Source of the DNA: a virus
Strand: one strand, 5' to 3'
IMG/VR virus record: IMGVR_UViG_3300028840_003320
Length of the DNA stretch: 47,403 nucleotides
Shown in pieces: positions 1-8,358 of this stretch (the stretch's first letter is position 1; the number at the start of each line of letters is the position of its first letter). Below the pieces are notes generated by a model. The model worked only from the letters and a program-made list of their open reading frames with translations. It did not search any database and was not told the DNA's origin. The position numbers were made by a program, and so were the translations under genes.

Positions 1-144
1 AAGCAGGCGCTTTTCCAAGCGCTCACGCCCCTGGCGCACCAGGGTGGCAATGGATGCCTGGATCTTGGCGCTGCGTGCGTCTCTCAGATAGAACTTCGAG
101 CCGCCGATCGCACGCCCGTAGTGCTTGAAGTCGATCATGTGTCC
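1..144. repeat. Terminal overlap, copy 1 (identical to 47260-47403); indicates a circularly closed or permuted genome with 47,259 bp of unique sequence
   Basis: Read directly: all 144 nt at the window start recur exactly at the window end. The overlap lies inside one continuous ORF, the capsid gene. Confidence 0.95.
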
Positions 145-435
145 GATGGTCGTGCCGTGGATCGTGGTGATGTCGTCGATGTCCGTGATCTCGGGCATCT
201 CGCTGGCCGAGCCGCCCTGTTCATACTCCATCATCAGTTCTTCGGTCAGCCCAAAGCACCAACCCCAGTCAGTCACGATCTGTTGGTTGAAATCGCCCAC
301 GGCCAGGGCAACACGGTTGATCAGCTCGCCATAGGTGAGGCCATCGCGCAGCATCCACTCGGCAACGCGCGTGCCGTCTACACCTGTTGGCAGGGCCTTG
401 TTCAAAAGGGTTTGAGGTCCAATTACTTCTGCCAT
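1..435 (-). CDS. Major capsid protein, N-terminal 145 codons. The gene wraps across the junction and continues at 47259->46570, 374 aa in total
   Basis: ATG at 435 follows GGAG (CTAGGAGAAGATGAAACTATG). My translation MAEVIGPQTLLNKALPTGVDG...HGTTIGH runs in frame into MIDFKHYGRAIGG, the start of track ORF 46570..47397. It is absent from the ORF track because it is open at the window edge. It lies directly after the protease/scaffold and decoration genes. Confidence 0.8.
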   Translation of the reverse strand, partial: MAEVIGPQTLLNKALPTGVDGTRVAEWMLRDGLTYGELINRVALAVGDFNQQIVTDWGWCFGLTEELMMEYEQGGSASEMPEITDIDDITTIHGTTIGHMIDFKHYGRAIGGSKFYLRDARSAKIQASIATLVRQGRERLEKRLL

Positions 436-449
436 AGTTTCATCTTCTC

Positions 450-878
450 CTAGCTGCTCGACGGGTCGTTCTGCTGCGGGTGCAGCCAAAGCACGTTCTG
501 CCCGGCGATCTCAGCGCCCCAGCCAACGATGCGATCGTAGGTCGCTGCGGCATCGGCAACCGCACCAGCGGTGTCGGATACATAATAGTTGGCCCCCGGC
601 GTGATCGTAGCCAGTCCGGTCACAGGGCCGAACACACAGACGGTGCAGGCCGCACCATCGGCCACCGTGGTCTCGCCGTCGTAGCTTTCCACGACGATAC
701 CCTGTGCCCGCGCGGCTGCTGCGGTCGTGTTGGCATCTGCCGGATTCCAATCCCCATCGGAAGCGTGATAGACCAACTGTCCAACGGTCAAAGCTTCCCC
801 AGCTTGCGCTGGGATCGTGATGGCACCATGCTCACGCAAAGCGCGGACATTGGCTGCCGTTGCTGTCAAATCTGCCAT
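450..878 (-). CDS. Head decoration / capsid cement-like protein (DUF2190-like)
   Basis: 142 aa, Ala/Gly-rich, located between the scaffold/protease and capsid genes. The pattern (GQLVY..., AQGIVVES..., GANYYVSD) resembles DUF2190 proteins found at this position. Confidence 0.55.
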   Translation of the reverse strand: MADLTATAANVRALREHGAITIPAQAGEALTVGQLVYHASDGDWNPADANTTAAAARAQGIVVESYDGETTVADGAACTVCVFGPVTGLATITPGANYYVSDTAGAVADAAATYDRIVGWGAEIAGQNVLWLHPQQNDPSSS

Positions 879-889
879 GGTAGTTCCTC

Positions 890-2122
890 CTACAGTCCCA
901 TCTCAGCCCGAGCCCGCTTGCGCGCTTCGGGAGAGTCGTCGATCTTGTGACGATCGCGGACCTTGCCGCTCACGCGGGCAGGCGGCCCGGCCAGTGCATC
1001 GCGGATCATCTCGGCAAGTGGTTTGATGCCTTCCCATACCACCTTAGCGGCCTCTTCCAGCTTCTCAGCATCTCGCTCTTCGCCCAGCTCGCTCAAGATG
1101 TTCGTGCGCACCGTGCGGCGAAATGCTGCCACCTTGCCCTTGGCCTCGTCGCCCTCGACCTGCCAGTTGACCAGCTCAGCAACCTTGGCATCCAAAGATG
1201 CTTCAAATTCAGCCGCCTGCTTGGCCTTCAGCTGATCCTGCAGCGTGCCAATGATCGCGTCCTTGTCTGCGATCTGCTGCTTGAGTTCGGCAAGCTGCTT
1301 TTCAGCGGTCGCGCTCGCCTTCACTCCTTCAATAATCTGATCTCGCAGCGCTTCCGGGATGTCCTCAACCGTCAGCTCTGCAAGGACTTGCTCTTTCGTC
1401 AGAGACATAGTATCCTCCAAATCTGTTTCTTGTTGTTCCATCTGTGCCGTAATGGCAAATTGCCCGCCGAGTTTCAGCGCCGCGCGATCGGCAGGGGCCA
1501 AATCCAGCGATTCCAACCGCAATCCGCGAATGTGGTATGTGCCATCCGGCAACGTTTCTTTTTCCTCATAGGGGCCATAGATGCTCGTCGCCAGCTGGCC
1601 GCCGCGCGCTTTCAGCCGTCGAATGTACTCCCTGGCTGCGCCGGGAGGGATGTACCCTTTGCCCCACAAGATCCCCCCCTGGCGTGCTACACCAACCCAG
1701 TCCACATCCTCGATGGGAAAGGCTGTATCTCGCTCTTCGGTCTTGATATGCCCCATGATCCCACCGCGACCCACAACCTGCTCCTGGATCGCCTTGACCA
1801 GCGCATCATCGTAGTGCAAGCCGTTGCTGCTCACTTTGCCGACCTCCCCAACAGGGAGCGTGACAAAGAACGGCGCATCGTCACCAGACGTGAGCGCGCT
1901 CAAGTCTACCTTTGGATCAGGCGCGATTGTTGGATAGTTCCCACGGAACTCACCTACGATGTAATCCCGGACCATCTCGGATGCTTTGTGCCTCTCTTCC
2001 CACATCGAGTTGCACACCGCCACGGCTTGATCCTGACTCTCTGCCGTGCCGTCGTCCAGCACAATTGGAATGCAGCGCGAGATAAAATCGTCTCTCGATT
2101 CGCCCTCATTTGGTGTTGGCAT
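890..2122 (-). CDS. Prohead protease fused to a scaffolding (coiled-coil) domain
   Basis: 410 aa. The N-terminal ESRDDFISRCI...AVCNSMW motif is common in phage head proteins. There is a central protease-like core (GGIMGHIKTEE). The C-terminal half is charged and helical (QLAELKQQIADKDAIIGTLQDQLKAKQAAEFE). It lies upstream of the capsid gene. Confidence 0.6.
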   Translation of the reverse strand: MPTPNEGESRDDFISRCIPIVLDDGTAESQDQAVAVCNSMWEERHKASEMVRDYIVGEFRGNYPTIAPDPKVDLSALTSGDDAPFFVTLPVGEVGKVSSNGLHYDDALVKAIQEQVVGRGGIMGHIKTEERDTAFPIEDVDWVGVARQGGILWGKGYIPPGAAREYIRRLKARGGQLATSIYGPYEEKETLPDGTYHIRGLRLESLDLAPADRAALKLGGQFAITAQMEQQETDLEDTMSLTKEQVLAELTVEDIPEALRDQIIEGVKASATAEKQLAELKQQIADKDAIIGTLQDQLKAKQAAEFEASLDAKVAELVNWQVEGDEAKGKVAAFRRTVRTNILSELGEERDAEKLEEAAKVVWEGIKPLAEMIRDALAGPPARVSGKVRDRHKIDDSPEARKRARAEMGL

Positions 2123-2123
2123 A

Positions 2124-2885
2124 TCAGTTTCCTCGTTTCTCTATCGTGCCGTCTCTGAGCACCCACGGTGCATGAGCGCAGCCCGCGCCCCCATCGCCCA
2201 GCTCGGCAAGGAGGCGATAGTTCTCTTTGCATTCCGGCGTCTCTCGAATCCCTGGCGCAATCGGATGCGTTTGGTGGACGATGGTCACATCTGCTGTTAC
2301 ATCTACCACTGGAATGCCCAATTTGAGCGCCCGCGCAACAAGCCAATTGTCCCAGGCAGCGCGCCCTAAAGCGAATGGGGGGATCTCACCCCATACATTG
2401 CCCGCTGTGCAAAAGTAATCGATGCCCACGGGGGAATGCAAGACCCCATGCTCTTGGATGGCTGCCCATAAGTGCTTGCGCCAGTCCGTATCCAACTGTT
2501 TGCCTTGCAGGTCCAAGTCCGTGCGCTGTCCGATCATCAGAAAACGCTCAAAGCGGCTTGCACAGATTGCCGCCGCCCAGGCCAGCGGCCCTAGCACAAT
2601 GATGTCCGCATTGATGTAGCAGGTTAGACTAGATTGAACGTGCGCAAAAGCCGTCTCAAAGATGCTGGGCAAAAGCGGCGTGCCCTCGGCGTTCACCGCG
2701 ATCTCATAGGCCGGTAGGTCCATCTCGCGTGCCACGTCCGGCACATTGCTACCCAACTTGCCGGGTTCGTGTAGCAACATCACTTCGACGTCCATCTCTA
2801 GCCAACTCCTGATCGCATTGCGCTGGATGGTATCGTAAGGCCCTTCAAACGGCCTGGGTACAGAGAAGAGCGTCAGATCATACAT
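2124..2885 (-). CDS. Putative glycosyltransferase (GT-A-like, uncharacterised family)
   Basis: 253 aa. The N-terminus FSVPRPFEGPYDTIQRNAIRSW and the INADIIV acidic motif resemble a family usually annotated as glycosyltransferase. Its stop lies 1 nt before the protease/scaffold start codon. Confidence 0.45.
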   Translation of the reverse strand: MYDLTLFSVPRPFEGPYDTIQRNAIRSWLEMDVEVMLLHEPGKLGSNVPDVAREMDLPAYEIAVNAEGTPLLPSIFETAFAHVQSSLTCYINADIIVLGPLAWAAAICASRFERFLMIGQRTDLDLQGKQLDTDWRKHLWAAIQEHGVLHSPVGIDYFCTAGNVWGEIPPFALGRAAWDNWLVARALKLGIPVVDVTADVTIVHQTHPIAPGIRETPECKENYRLLAELGDGGAGCAHAPWVLRDGTIEKRGN

Positions 2886-4150
2886 TCTGGCCCCTTCCCA
2901 AAGCGCACGTAGCGATCACAAGTAAGCAGATCCGGATTGAAGAAACCCCACATGTCGACCACGCACTTGCCTGTCAGGTCCATTTCGTGTAATCCCTGGT
3001 ACTCTTTCCAGCAGGTCATCAGCACCAGCAAATCACACTCAGCTACAAACGTGCCCAGGTCTTTTTTGCACAGCACTGGATCATGTGCGTCAATGCTGCC
3101 CAGGTGGACCAGCGCATCAAAGAGCGCCTTGCCCTGGCTCTCTCCGCACGTCGCGCCCGGCTTGTAGGCCATCCCCAGGATGCCCACACGCGGATAATCG
3201 GCCATCAGCGTTTCGCACAAGTCGGCCAACCGCTGCAGCTCTCGACCCGCGGCCCGGCTGACCTGTTCGATGATCGGTGTAGCCATCCCGGCCCGGCGCC
3301 CAGCCGCCGCAAAAGCGCGCGTATCCCGTGGGAAGCAAGGCCCGCCCGGCCACGTCCCAGCACTGAAATAGCGCAATCCCACGCGCCCATCCGCACCGAT
3401 AGCTCCGAGCACATCGCACGCATCCGCGCCCGGTGTAGCCTGGCACAACCAGGCAATCTCATTGGCCAGTGCCATCTTTGCCACGACCACCGCATTGAGC
3501 CCGGTCTTGGTCAACTCTGCACTCTCCAGGCTCATGTGATAGATTACCGGATCGTTGTCCACCAGGCTCTCATAGTAGGATTGCACGACGATCCCCGCTT
3601 GTCGGTCGTGCTCTCCAATCACGATGTACTCTGGCCGCCGAAAATCATCAATAATCGAGCCCTGCCGGATGAACTCAGGAGAGTGGGTCAGCCCAAAGTC
3701 CACACCCAAACGCAGCCCTGAGACCTCTTCGATCAGTTTCCCAATCTTGCGCACCTCGCCAGGCATGACCGTCGAAACCACGTTGACCACGATGTAAGGC
3801 ATACCCAAGTGCATAGTATCTGCTAACCCTTGGGCCACGTCCACCGCCGCCGCCCGCACACATTGGCTAGAAAACTGTCCGGCCGGCGTGGAGGGCGTAG
3901 CTGTGATGATGCACACCAGGTCGGCCAGGTGCGTAGCCCACGCATTATCGGAGAGCAGCGTCAGGCGCTCTCGGTGCTTGCGCACCAGTCCATTGATCTG
4001 AGGCTCCGCACAGTCTACACACCCTTCCCGGATGGCCTCTAGCGCCGCCTCGTTGACGTCCGAAATGATGACCTCGTGCCCGCGCTCTGCACTCCATAGC
4101 GCAAAGGGAAGCCCCAACTTTCCCGCGCCGCCGATGTAGGCTACACGCAT
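2873..4150 (-). CDS. NAD-dependent nucleotide-sugar dehydrogenase (UDP-glucose/GDP-mannose dehydrogenase family)
   Basis: Rossmann N-terminus MRVAYIGGAGKLGLP, SPEFIRQGS motif and catalytic-Cys motif GGPCFPRD. The track ORF extends to 4177; the likely start is the MRVAYIGG Met at 4150. Confidence 0.88.
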   Translation of the reverse strand: MRVAYIGGAGKLGLPFALWSAERGHEVIISDVNEAALEAIREGCVDCAEPQINGLVRKHRERLTLLSDNAWATHLADLVCIITATPSTPAGQFSSQCVRAAAVDVAQGLADTMHLGMPYIVVNVVSTVMPGEVRKIGKLIEEVSGLRLGVDFGLTHSPEFIRQGSIIDDFRRPEYIVIGEHDRQAGIVVQSYYESLVDNDPVIYHMSLESAELTKTGLNAVVVAKMALANEIAWLCQATPGADACDVLGAIGADGRVGLRYFSAGTWPGGPCFPRDTRAFAAAGRRAGMATPIIEQVSRAAGRELQRLADLCETLMADYPRVGILGMAYKPGATCGESQGKALFDALVHLGSIDAHDPVLCKKDLGTFVAECDLLVLMTCWKEYQGLHEMDLTGKCVVDMWGFFNPDLLTCDRYVRFGKGPECMI

Positions 4151-5526
4151 TGTGCCGCCTCCACATGTCCAACCCACCCAGGATGCGGGCGAAAGTGCAG
4201 GCCAGAATGCTCCTCGAACATGTGCAGCTTGCAGAAATGATGATACAGCGGCAAGCGGAGCGGATCGAAGCCCATCAGGTGCGCTGCGAATACATCCACA
4301 GCAAGCAGATTCTCACCACCGATCAGCAGGCCAGCCAGGACCGGATCGGGCGCAAGTGGCCCGTTGCCTTCCCCGCCGATCACCCCATCGACGATCGAGA
4401 ACGTGCGCCCTTGGCATACACAGTCAAACGCCGCATAGAGATCAGCTACCATTCGCCATGTGGTATCATTCCCATACCAGTTGCCCGCGTCGAGGGCGCG
4501 CTTGTGTTCGTCCACCTTGAGCCCTAGCTTGCGTGTAGTGTGGTTATGCAGCCAATAGATAGCCTGGTGCAGCCAGTCCAGGACCGGCACCTGCCGCGCC
4601 AGAAGATGGTCATACATCCAACGCTCCAAGCCGATCAATGCCTGCTCGTGCGGTGCCCACAGCTTATCGGGGTACTGATCGCCGCCCTCACTTGGTGGTC
4701 CCAATGTGTAATGTGGCAGACAGTTCTTGTCTGTGCAGATACCCACTAGATTCTTGAGATTGAGCGTCACGCCTGCCTTTTTGTGCGTTTTCATCTTGGG
4801 CAGCGAGATCACCAAGTCGGCCTCGGGGACCGTGCGAGACAGGACATACCGATGCCGCTTGCCGCTGTGATACCCTGCCAAATCCCCACGCCAGTAGCAC
4901 GCGCCGACCATCCGATCAACCCGATCAACGTCCATCCCTGCAAAGAGGCTGTGATCCCCTAGATCGACCATCGTTGCCCCCTTCGGATCGCCGGGCAGCG
5001 GCTCCAATTGTGAGGCCAAATGCCGCCCTTTGGACCAGTAGGAGCGTAGATCAAGCAGGGTCATCATGCCGCCATAGAGGTCCGCTACTTGGGGCAACCC
5101 TGTGATGTCCATCAGCTTGGCCCAATCACAATCATACTGTGGCGCATCGGCTACGATGATCCGTCCCTCTCCCTGCAGCGCAATGTAGCAATAGTCGGCC
5201 ACTGCCCGGATCACAGACGGATGTGTGATCACCGCGTACAGATCGCCACCGCCTCGGTTTCTGTGCGCCACAAAGTTTGGCTTGAGCACGACCGTCATGC
5301 CCGGCTTGAGGAATTCCCCAAGCGGATTCCAAGCGGGCGTGTCAAAGCGGGCCTGATCGAGCCTAAGCTGATACAGCAGCCGCCGCACACCCGAATACAC
5401 GAAATTGAAGTCTAGCCCGAGCTGCCCTGGAAAGGGATACTCTGGGAAAGCCGCCAGCGGATGGTAAGGTGCTACGGTTGGATAGCCCGCCGGAATTACT
5501 CGGGTCATGACGATCTGCTCATTCAT
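4141..5526 (-). CDS. DUF362-domain protein (function unknown)
   Basis: 461 aa. The VVLKPNFV...ITHPSVIRAVADY...IIVADAP pattern is typical of DUF362. Start and stop overlap the neighbouring genes. Confidence 0.55.
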   Translation of the reverse strand: MNEQIVMTRVIPAGYPTVAPYHPLAAFPEYPFPGQLGLDFNFVYSGVRRLLYQLRLDQARFDTPAWNPLGEFLKPGMTVVLKPNFVAHRNRGGGDLYAVITHPSVIRAVADYCYIALQGEGRIIVADAPQYDCDWAKLMDITGLPQVADLYGGMMTLLDLRSYWSKGRHLASQLEPLPGDPKGATMVDLGDHSLFAGMDVDRVDRMVGACYWRGDLAGYHSGKRHRYVLSRTVPEADLVISLPKMKTHKKAGVTLNLKNLVGICTDKNCLPHYTLGPPSEGGDQYPDKLWAPHEQALIGLERWMYDHLLARQVPVLDWLHQAIYWLHNHTTRKLGLKVDEHKRALDAGNWYGNDTTWRMVADLYAAFDCVCQGRTFSIVDGVIGGEGNGPLAPDPVLAGLLIGGENLLAVDVFAAHLMGFDPLRLPLYHHFCKLHMFEEHSGLHFRPHPGWVGHVEAAQCV

Positions 5527-6781
5527 CGCGGATCACCAATCGCTGCTTGCCGCGCCGCGTGCGCCCGATGGCATCGACCTGCTCCAGTTCAAGATCAAAA
5601 CCGCTCAACTTGCGCATCAATCCCGCCCGCATTCGCACCTCGTCAGCTTGACCCACATAGAACACAGTCACCATGCCCGGTTGCATCTGCCAGAACTGGA
5701 CCGCCTGTACCCCGCGCAACGTGTCATCGTGAAAGTTGACAGCAGTCATGTAGACACGCCGGCCGTCTGCACTCTCAAGATATTCCTGTTCCCGCCCAAC
5801 AATGCGCCGCCAGACTTGCCCCTGCCGCCCACATGCCGAGCACCCCCAACCGGCAAACTCAGCCAGATCGCCGGTGCGGTAGCGGACCATCGGCGTAGCG
5901 TGCATGATGAACGACGTAGCGACAATCTCACCCACATGGCCGGGCACTGTGACAGGCTGACCGTTTTCATCGAGCAGCTCTGCATAGCCGTATTGTGGCA
6001 AAACGTGGTACGTATCGGCGCCTTCACAGTACCCGGCCAGCACCGCGCACTCATAGTGCCCGTAGTGATCGAACACCCGCCCGCCGAACACGCGCGCCAT
6101 AATCTCTTTCTGCCACGGGTACAGATTCTCCGATGCGCACAGAACGCCTTTGACCGGCAGCTCGTGCCCGGTTTCTGCCAGCCAGCAAGCAAAAGCATAG
6201 CCGGAAGAGGGATAACAGCGGATCCACTCTGGCTTGTACTCTAGCACCGCTTGATAATACCGCTCGATCCATCCCGGCGTGAGATGGTAGGAAGAGCAGC
6301 GCAGCTCGTTCAACTCGGGCACGTACTCCATGTGGTTGGGTGTGTCAATCACCAGCCCGCGCAAGGTTAGTTGCCGGTCTCCCTCTTTCCAGCCGATAGC
6401 ACGGTACAAGTGCGCCTTGCTGGCCAGCTCGCGGGCAAACGTCAGCGGATCGCGCCAGAAGCCAAATGGTTCCCCGGTTGAGCCACCTGTGGTGGTCCAG
6501 ACGCGCCCAGGGATCGGCACGGAAAAGCGCTCCACATCTGCGCGCATCGTCGCCTTATCCACCATCGGGAAGCGCCGTAGATCGTCGAGGTCGTGCAGAT
6601 CACTTGGAGAGATACCCGCCGCGTCATAGAGTTCCCGATACCCGCGCGTGTTCTCATAGGCCCAAGTGAGCGCCTTGATCACCTCAGCGCGCGCCAATGC
6701 CTCGGAATGATGGTACTCTGTCATCTCCAAGTATTGCCGCCAAGCCATATAGATTGGATTGTCGAGGTCTTTGTGTTTCAA
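5519..6781 (-). CDS. CapK / phenylacetate-CoA-ligase-like adenylate-forming enzyme
   Basis: 420 aa. It carries the AMP-binding P-loop-like motif TTGGSTGEPF, an RTGD motif (MVRYRTGDLAEF) and the PaaK/CapK/F390-synthetase family architecture. Confidence 0.75.
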   Translation of the reverse strand: MKHKDLDNPIYMAWRQYLEMTEYHHSEALARAEVIKALTWAYENTRGYRELYDAAGISPSDLHDLDDLRRFPMVDKATMRADVERFSVPIPGRVWTTTGGSTGEPFGFWRDPLTFARELASKAHLYRAIGWKEGDRQLTLRGLVIDTPNHMEYVPELNELRCSSYHLTPGWIERYYQAVLEYKPEWIRCYPSSGYAFACWLAETGHELPVKGVLCASENLYPWQKEIMARVFGGRVFDHYGHYECAVLAGYCEGADTYHVLPQYGYAELLDENGQPVTVPGHVGEIVATSFIMHATPMVRYRTGDLAEFAGWGCSACGRQGQVWRRIVGREQEYLESADGRRVYMTAVNFHDDTLRGVQAVQFWQMQPGMVTVFYVGQADEVRMRAGLMRKLSGFDLELEQVDAIGRTRRGKQRLVIRDE

Positions 6782-7365
6782 GGTATCCTCTCAAAATCCA
6801 GGTTCTCTTCTTGGTTCAGGCTCCAAGGTGTGGCACTGGTCAGACGAAAGCCGTTTCTTTCCAGATAGGTCACTGTCTCTGACTTGTCCGATGCCCCCAT
6901 GTAGGGAGAGCGCGCAATCTGTACCTCGAGGCGAATACGATCGACATCGGCGATCCGCTGGCCTAGAGAGTGTATCACGGCCAAGTCTGCCCCCTGCGCA
7001 TCAATTTTGAGGTATTCGACGTGCCCGATGCCCACCCAGTTGAGAAACGTATCCAACCGGATCGAAGGCACATAGCGTACATCGGTCACCCGGAGGCCGC
7101 TATTGTCCTTCCAGCCTGCTACCCCTGCCGCGTCAAGCGGTAGAATGCTGCTGCACGAGTCATTGACAGTCACATAGAACGGCACACATCCGTTGCACTC
7201 CGAGACAGCCATCGGCAAGACCACAAAGCGCGGATGCCTACCCACTGACTTGAGCGCAAGAGCCAGGTTCGGCTCAAAGGCATAGATGGTCAAGTCGTCG
7301 GCCATCATTGGCAGCGTTGTCTCTCCGTAATGCGCGCCCACGTCCAGCCAGATTCTCATCGCCAA
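6778..7365 (-). CDS. FkbM-family SAM-dependent methyltransferase
   Basis: LDVGAHYGETT (SAM-binding Gly motif) and VEYLKIDAQGADLAV are hallmark FkbM/Methyltransf_21 motifs. Confidence 0.75.
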   Translation of the reverse strand: MAMRIWLDVGAHYGETTLPMMADDLTIYAFEPNLALALKSVGRHPRFVVLPMAVSECNGCVPFYVTVNDSCSSILPLDAAGVAGWKDNSGLRVTDVRYVPSIRLDTFLNWVGIGHVEYLKIDAQGADLAVIHSLGQRIADVDRIRLEVQIARSPYMGASDKSETVTYLERNGFRLTSATPWSLNQEENLDFERIP

Positions 7366-8186
7366 TCGAATGCCTCTCTTGTCCGGTCACTTTCAAACAC
7401 ATAGGGCTCTTGATCGTCGAATCCCATCCGCTCGAAGAGGTCCGGCTTGAAATGCACGCCCTCACGCCCGATAGAAATGCCCCGGTTGACCGTCGTGCGG
7501 ACCCTGCACATCCCGGCTAGGTGGATGGCCATGTCCTTGCCGCCGTCTTGGGAGCTGGCGTAGTGCTTCCAACCGACTTCTTGAAAGAGCGCCTGCACCT
7601 TGCCATGTGGCAGTTGGGCATAATCGCAATCCTGGATCAGCTCATAGTAGCGCATAAAGTGCGGGCGAATGCGCGCCCAGCGGTCGGGCGTGAAGGCAAC
7701 CATCCACCAGTGCGGGCGGCCTACAGCAACCTGATCCAACCACTGATCGGTTTCCTCTTTCTTGCACCAACGTCGAAAGCCGGTTGTAAAGCCGAACACG
7801 TCCGGGCGGTGCTCGAGCTCGTCAAATAGGATCGGCAGTAAGCGTGCCCAGTAGGGCGATAGGATTACATCATCTTCCAGCATCACGATCCGCTCGTAGC
7901 ACGCACACATCCACTCGTAGGCTTTGAACTGGTTGATCCCCACGCCAAGGTTGGCCATGCGGATATGGACCTCTTTCACACCGGGCAGGTGGGCGCTGAA
8001 AAACACCTCGACCGCTTTCCGAATGCGCCCCGCATCGCCAACCTCCCGAGCGCTGAACAAGTTAATCGCATTGTCTTGGAACAGGTGCCAAGCCAGTTCC
8101 GGCGCGTCGACCTGTGCCTCCAAACTCTCCAAGAGCTGGGCCAAGTAGTCAGGACGGTCGAAAGAGACAATGCCGACGCCGATCAT
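7356..8186 (-). CDS. GT-A fold glycosyltransferase (family 2-like)
   Basis: N-terminal IGVGIVSFDRPDYLAQLLESL and a DXD-type motif (VMLEDDV). 276 aa. Confidence 0.6.
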   Translation of the reverse strand: MIGVGIVSFDRPDYLAQLLESLEAQVDAPELAWHLFQDNAINLFSAREVGDAGRIRKAVEVFFSAHLPGVKEVHIRMANLGVGINQFKAYEWMCACYERIVMLEDDVILSPYWARLLPILFDELEHRPDVFGFTTGFRRWCKKEETDQWLDQVAVGRPHWWMVAFTPDRWARIRPHFMRYYELIQDCDYAQLPHGKVQALFQEVGWKHYASSQDGGKDMAIHLAGMCRVRTTVNRGISIGREGVHFKPDLFERMGFDDQEPYVFESDRTREAFDWR

Positions 8187-8347
8187 TGCTTGCTGCTCCC
8201 TGTTGGCCTAGTGTTTTCTTCAAGTTGCAGCTTGATCGCACCCACAAGCACGCCCTTGTCTTGTATGCTCCATTTATGTACCTGGTTATCATAGAGCATC
8301 TTCACAATTCGACTAATCAGCCGGTCCCGTTCCTCTTGTGTTGCCAT
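8183..8347 (-). CDS. Small hypothetical protein (54 aa, below the ORF-track cutoff)
   Basis: My translation is MATQEERDRLISRIVKMLYDNQVHKWSIQDKGVLVGAIKLQLEENTRPTGSSKQ*. Its TGA overlaps the ATG of the GT2 gene (ATGA), and it fills an otherwise empty gap. Confidence 0.5.
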   Translation of the reverse strand: MATQEERDRLISRIVKMLYDNQVHKWSIQDKGVLVGAIKLQLEENTRPTGSSKQ

Positions 8348-8358
8348 TAAAATGCCCC

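Noticed and set aside
121-453. Plus-strand ORFs opposite the structural genes (for example 121..453, 947..2158, 5507..6244, 10965..11843, 16646..17392, 25270..26145, 30004..30978)
   Set aside because: They are antisense to long minus-strand genes with clear motifs. They have Arg/Ser/Pro/Cys-rich low-complexity composition typical of shadow ORFs in GC-rich DNA, and I saw no SD or motif support.
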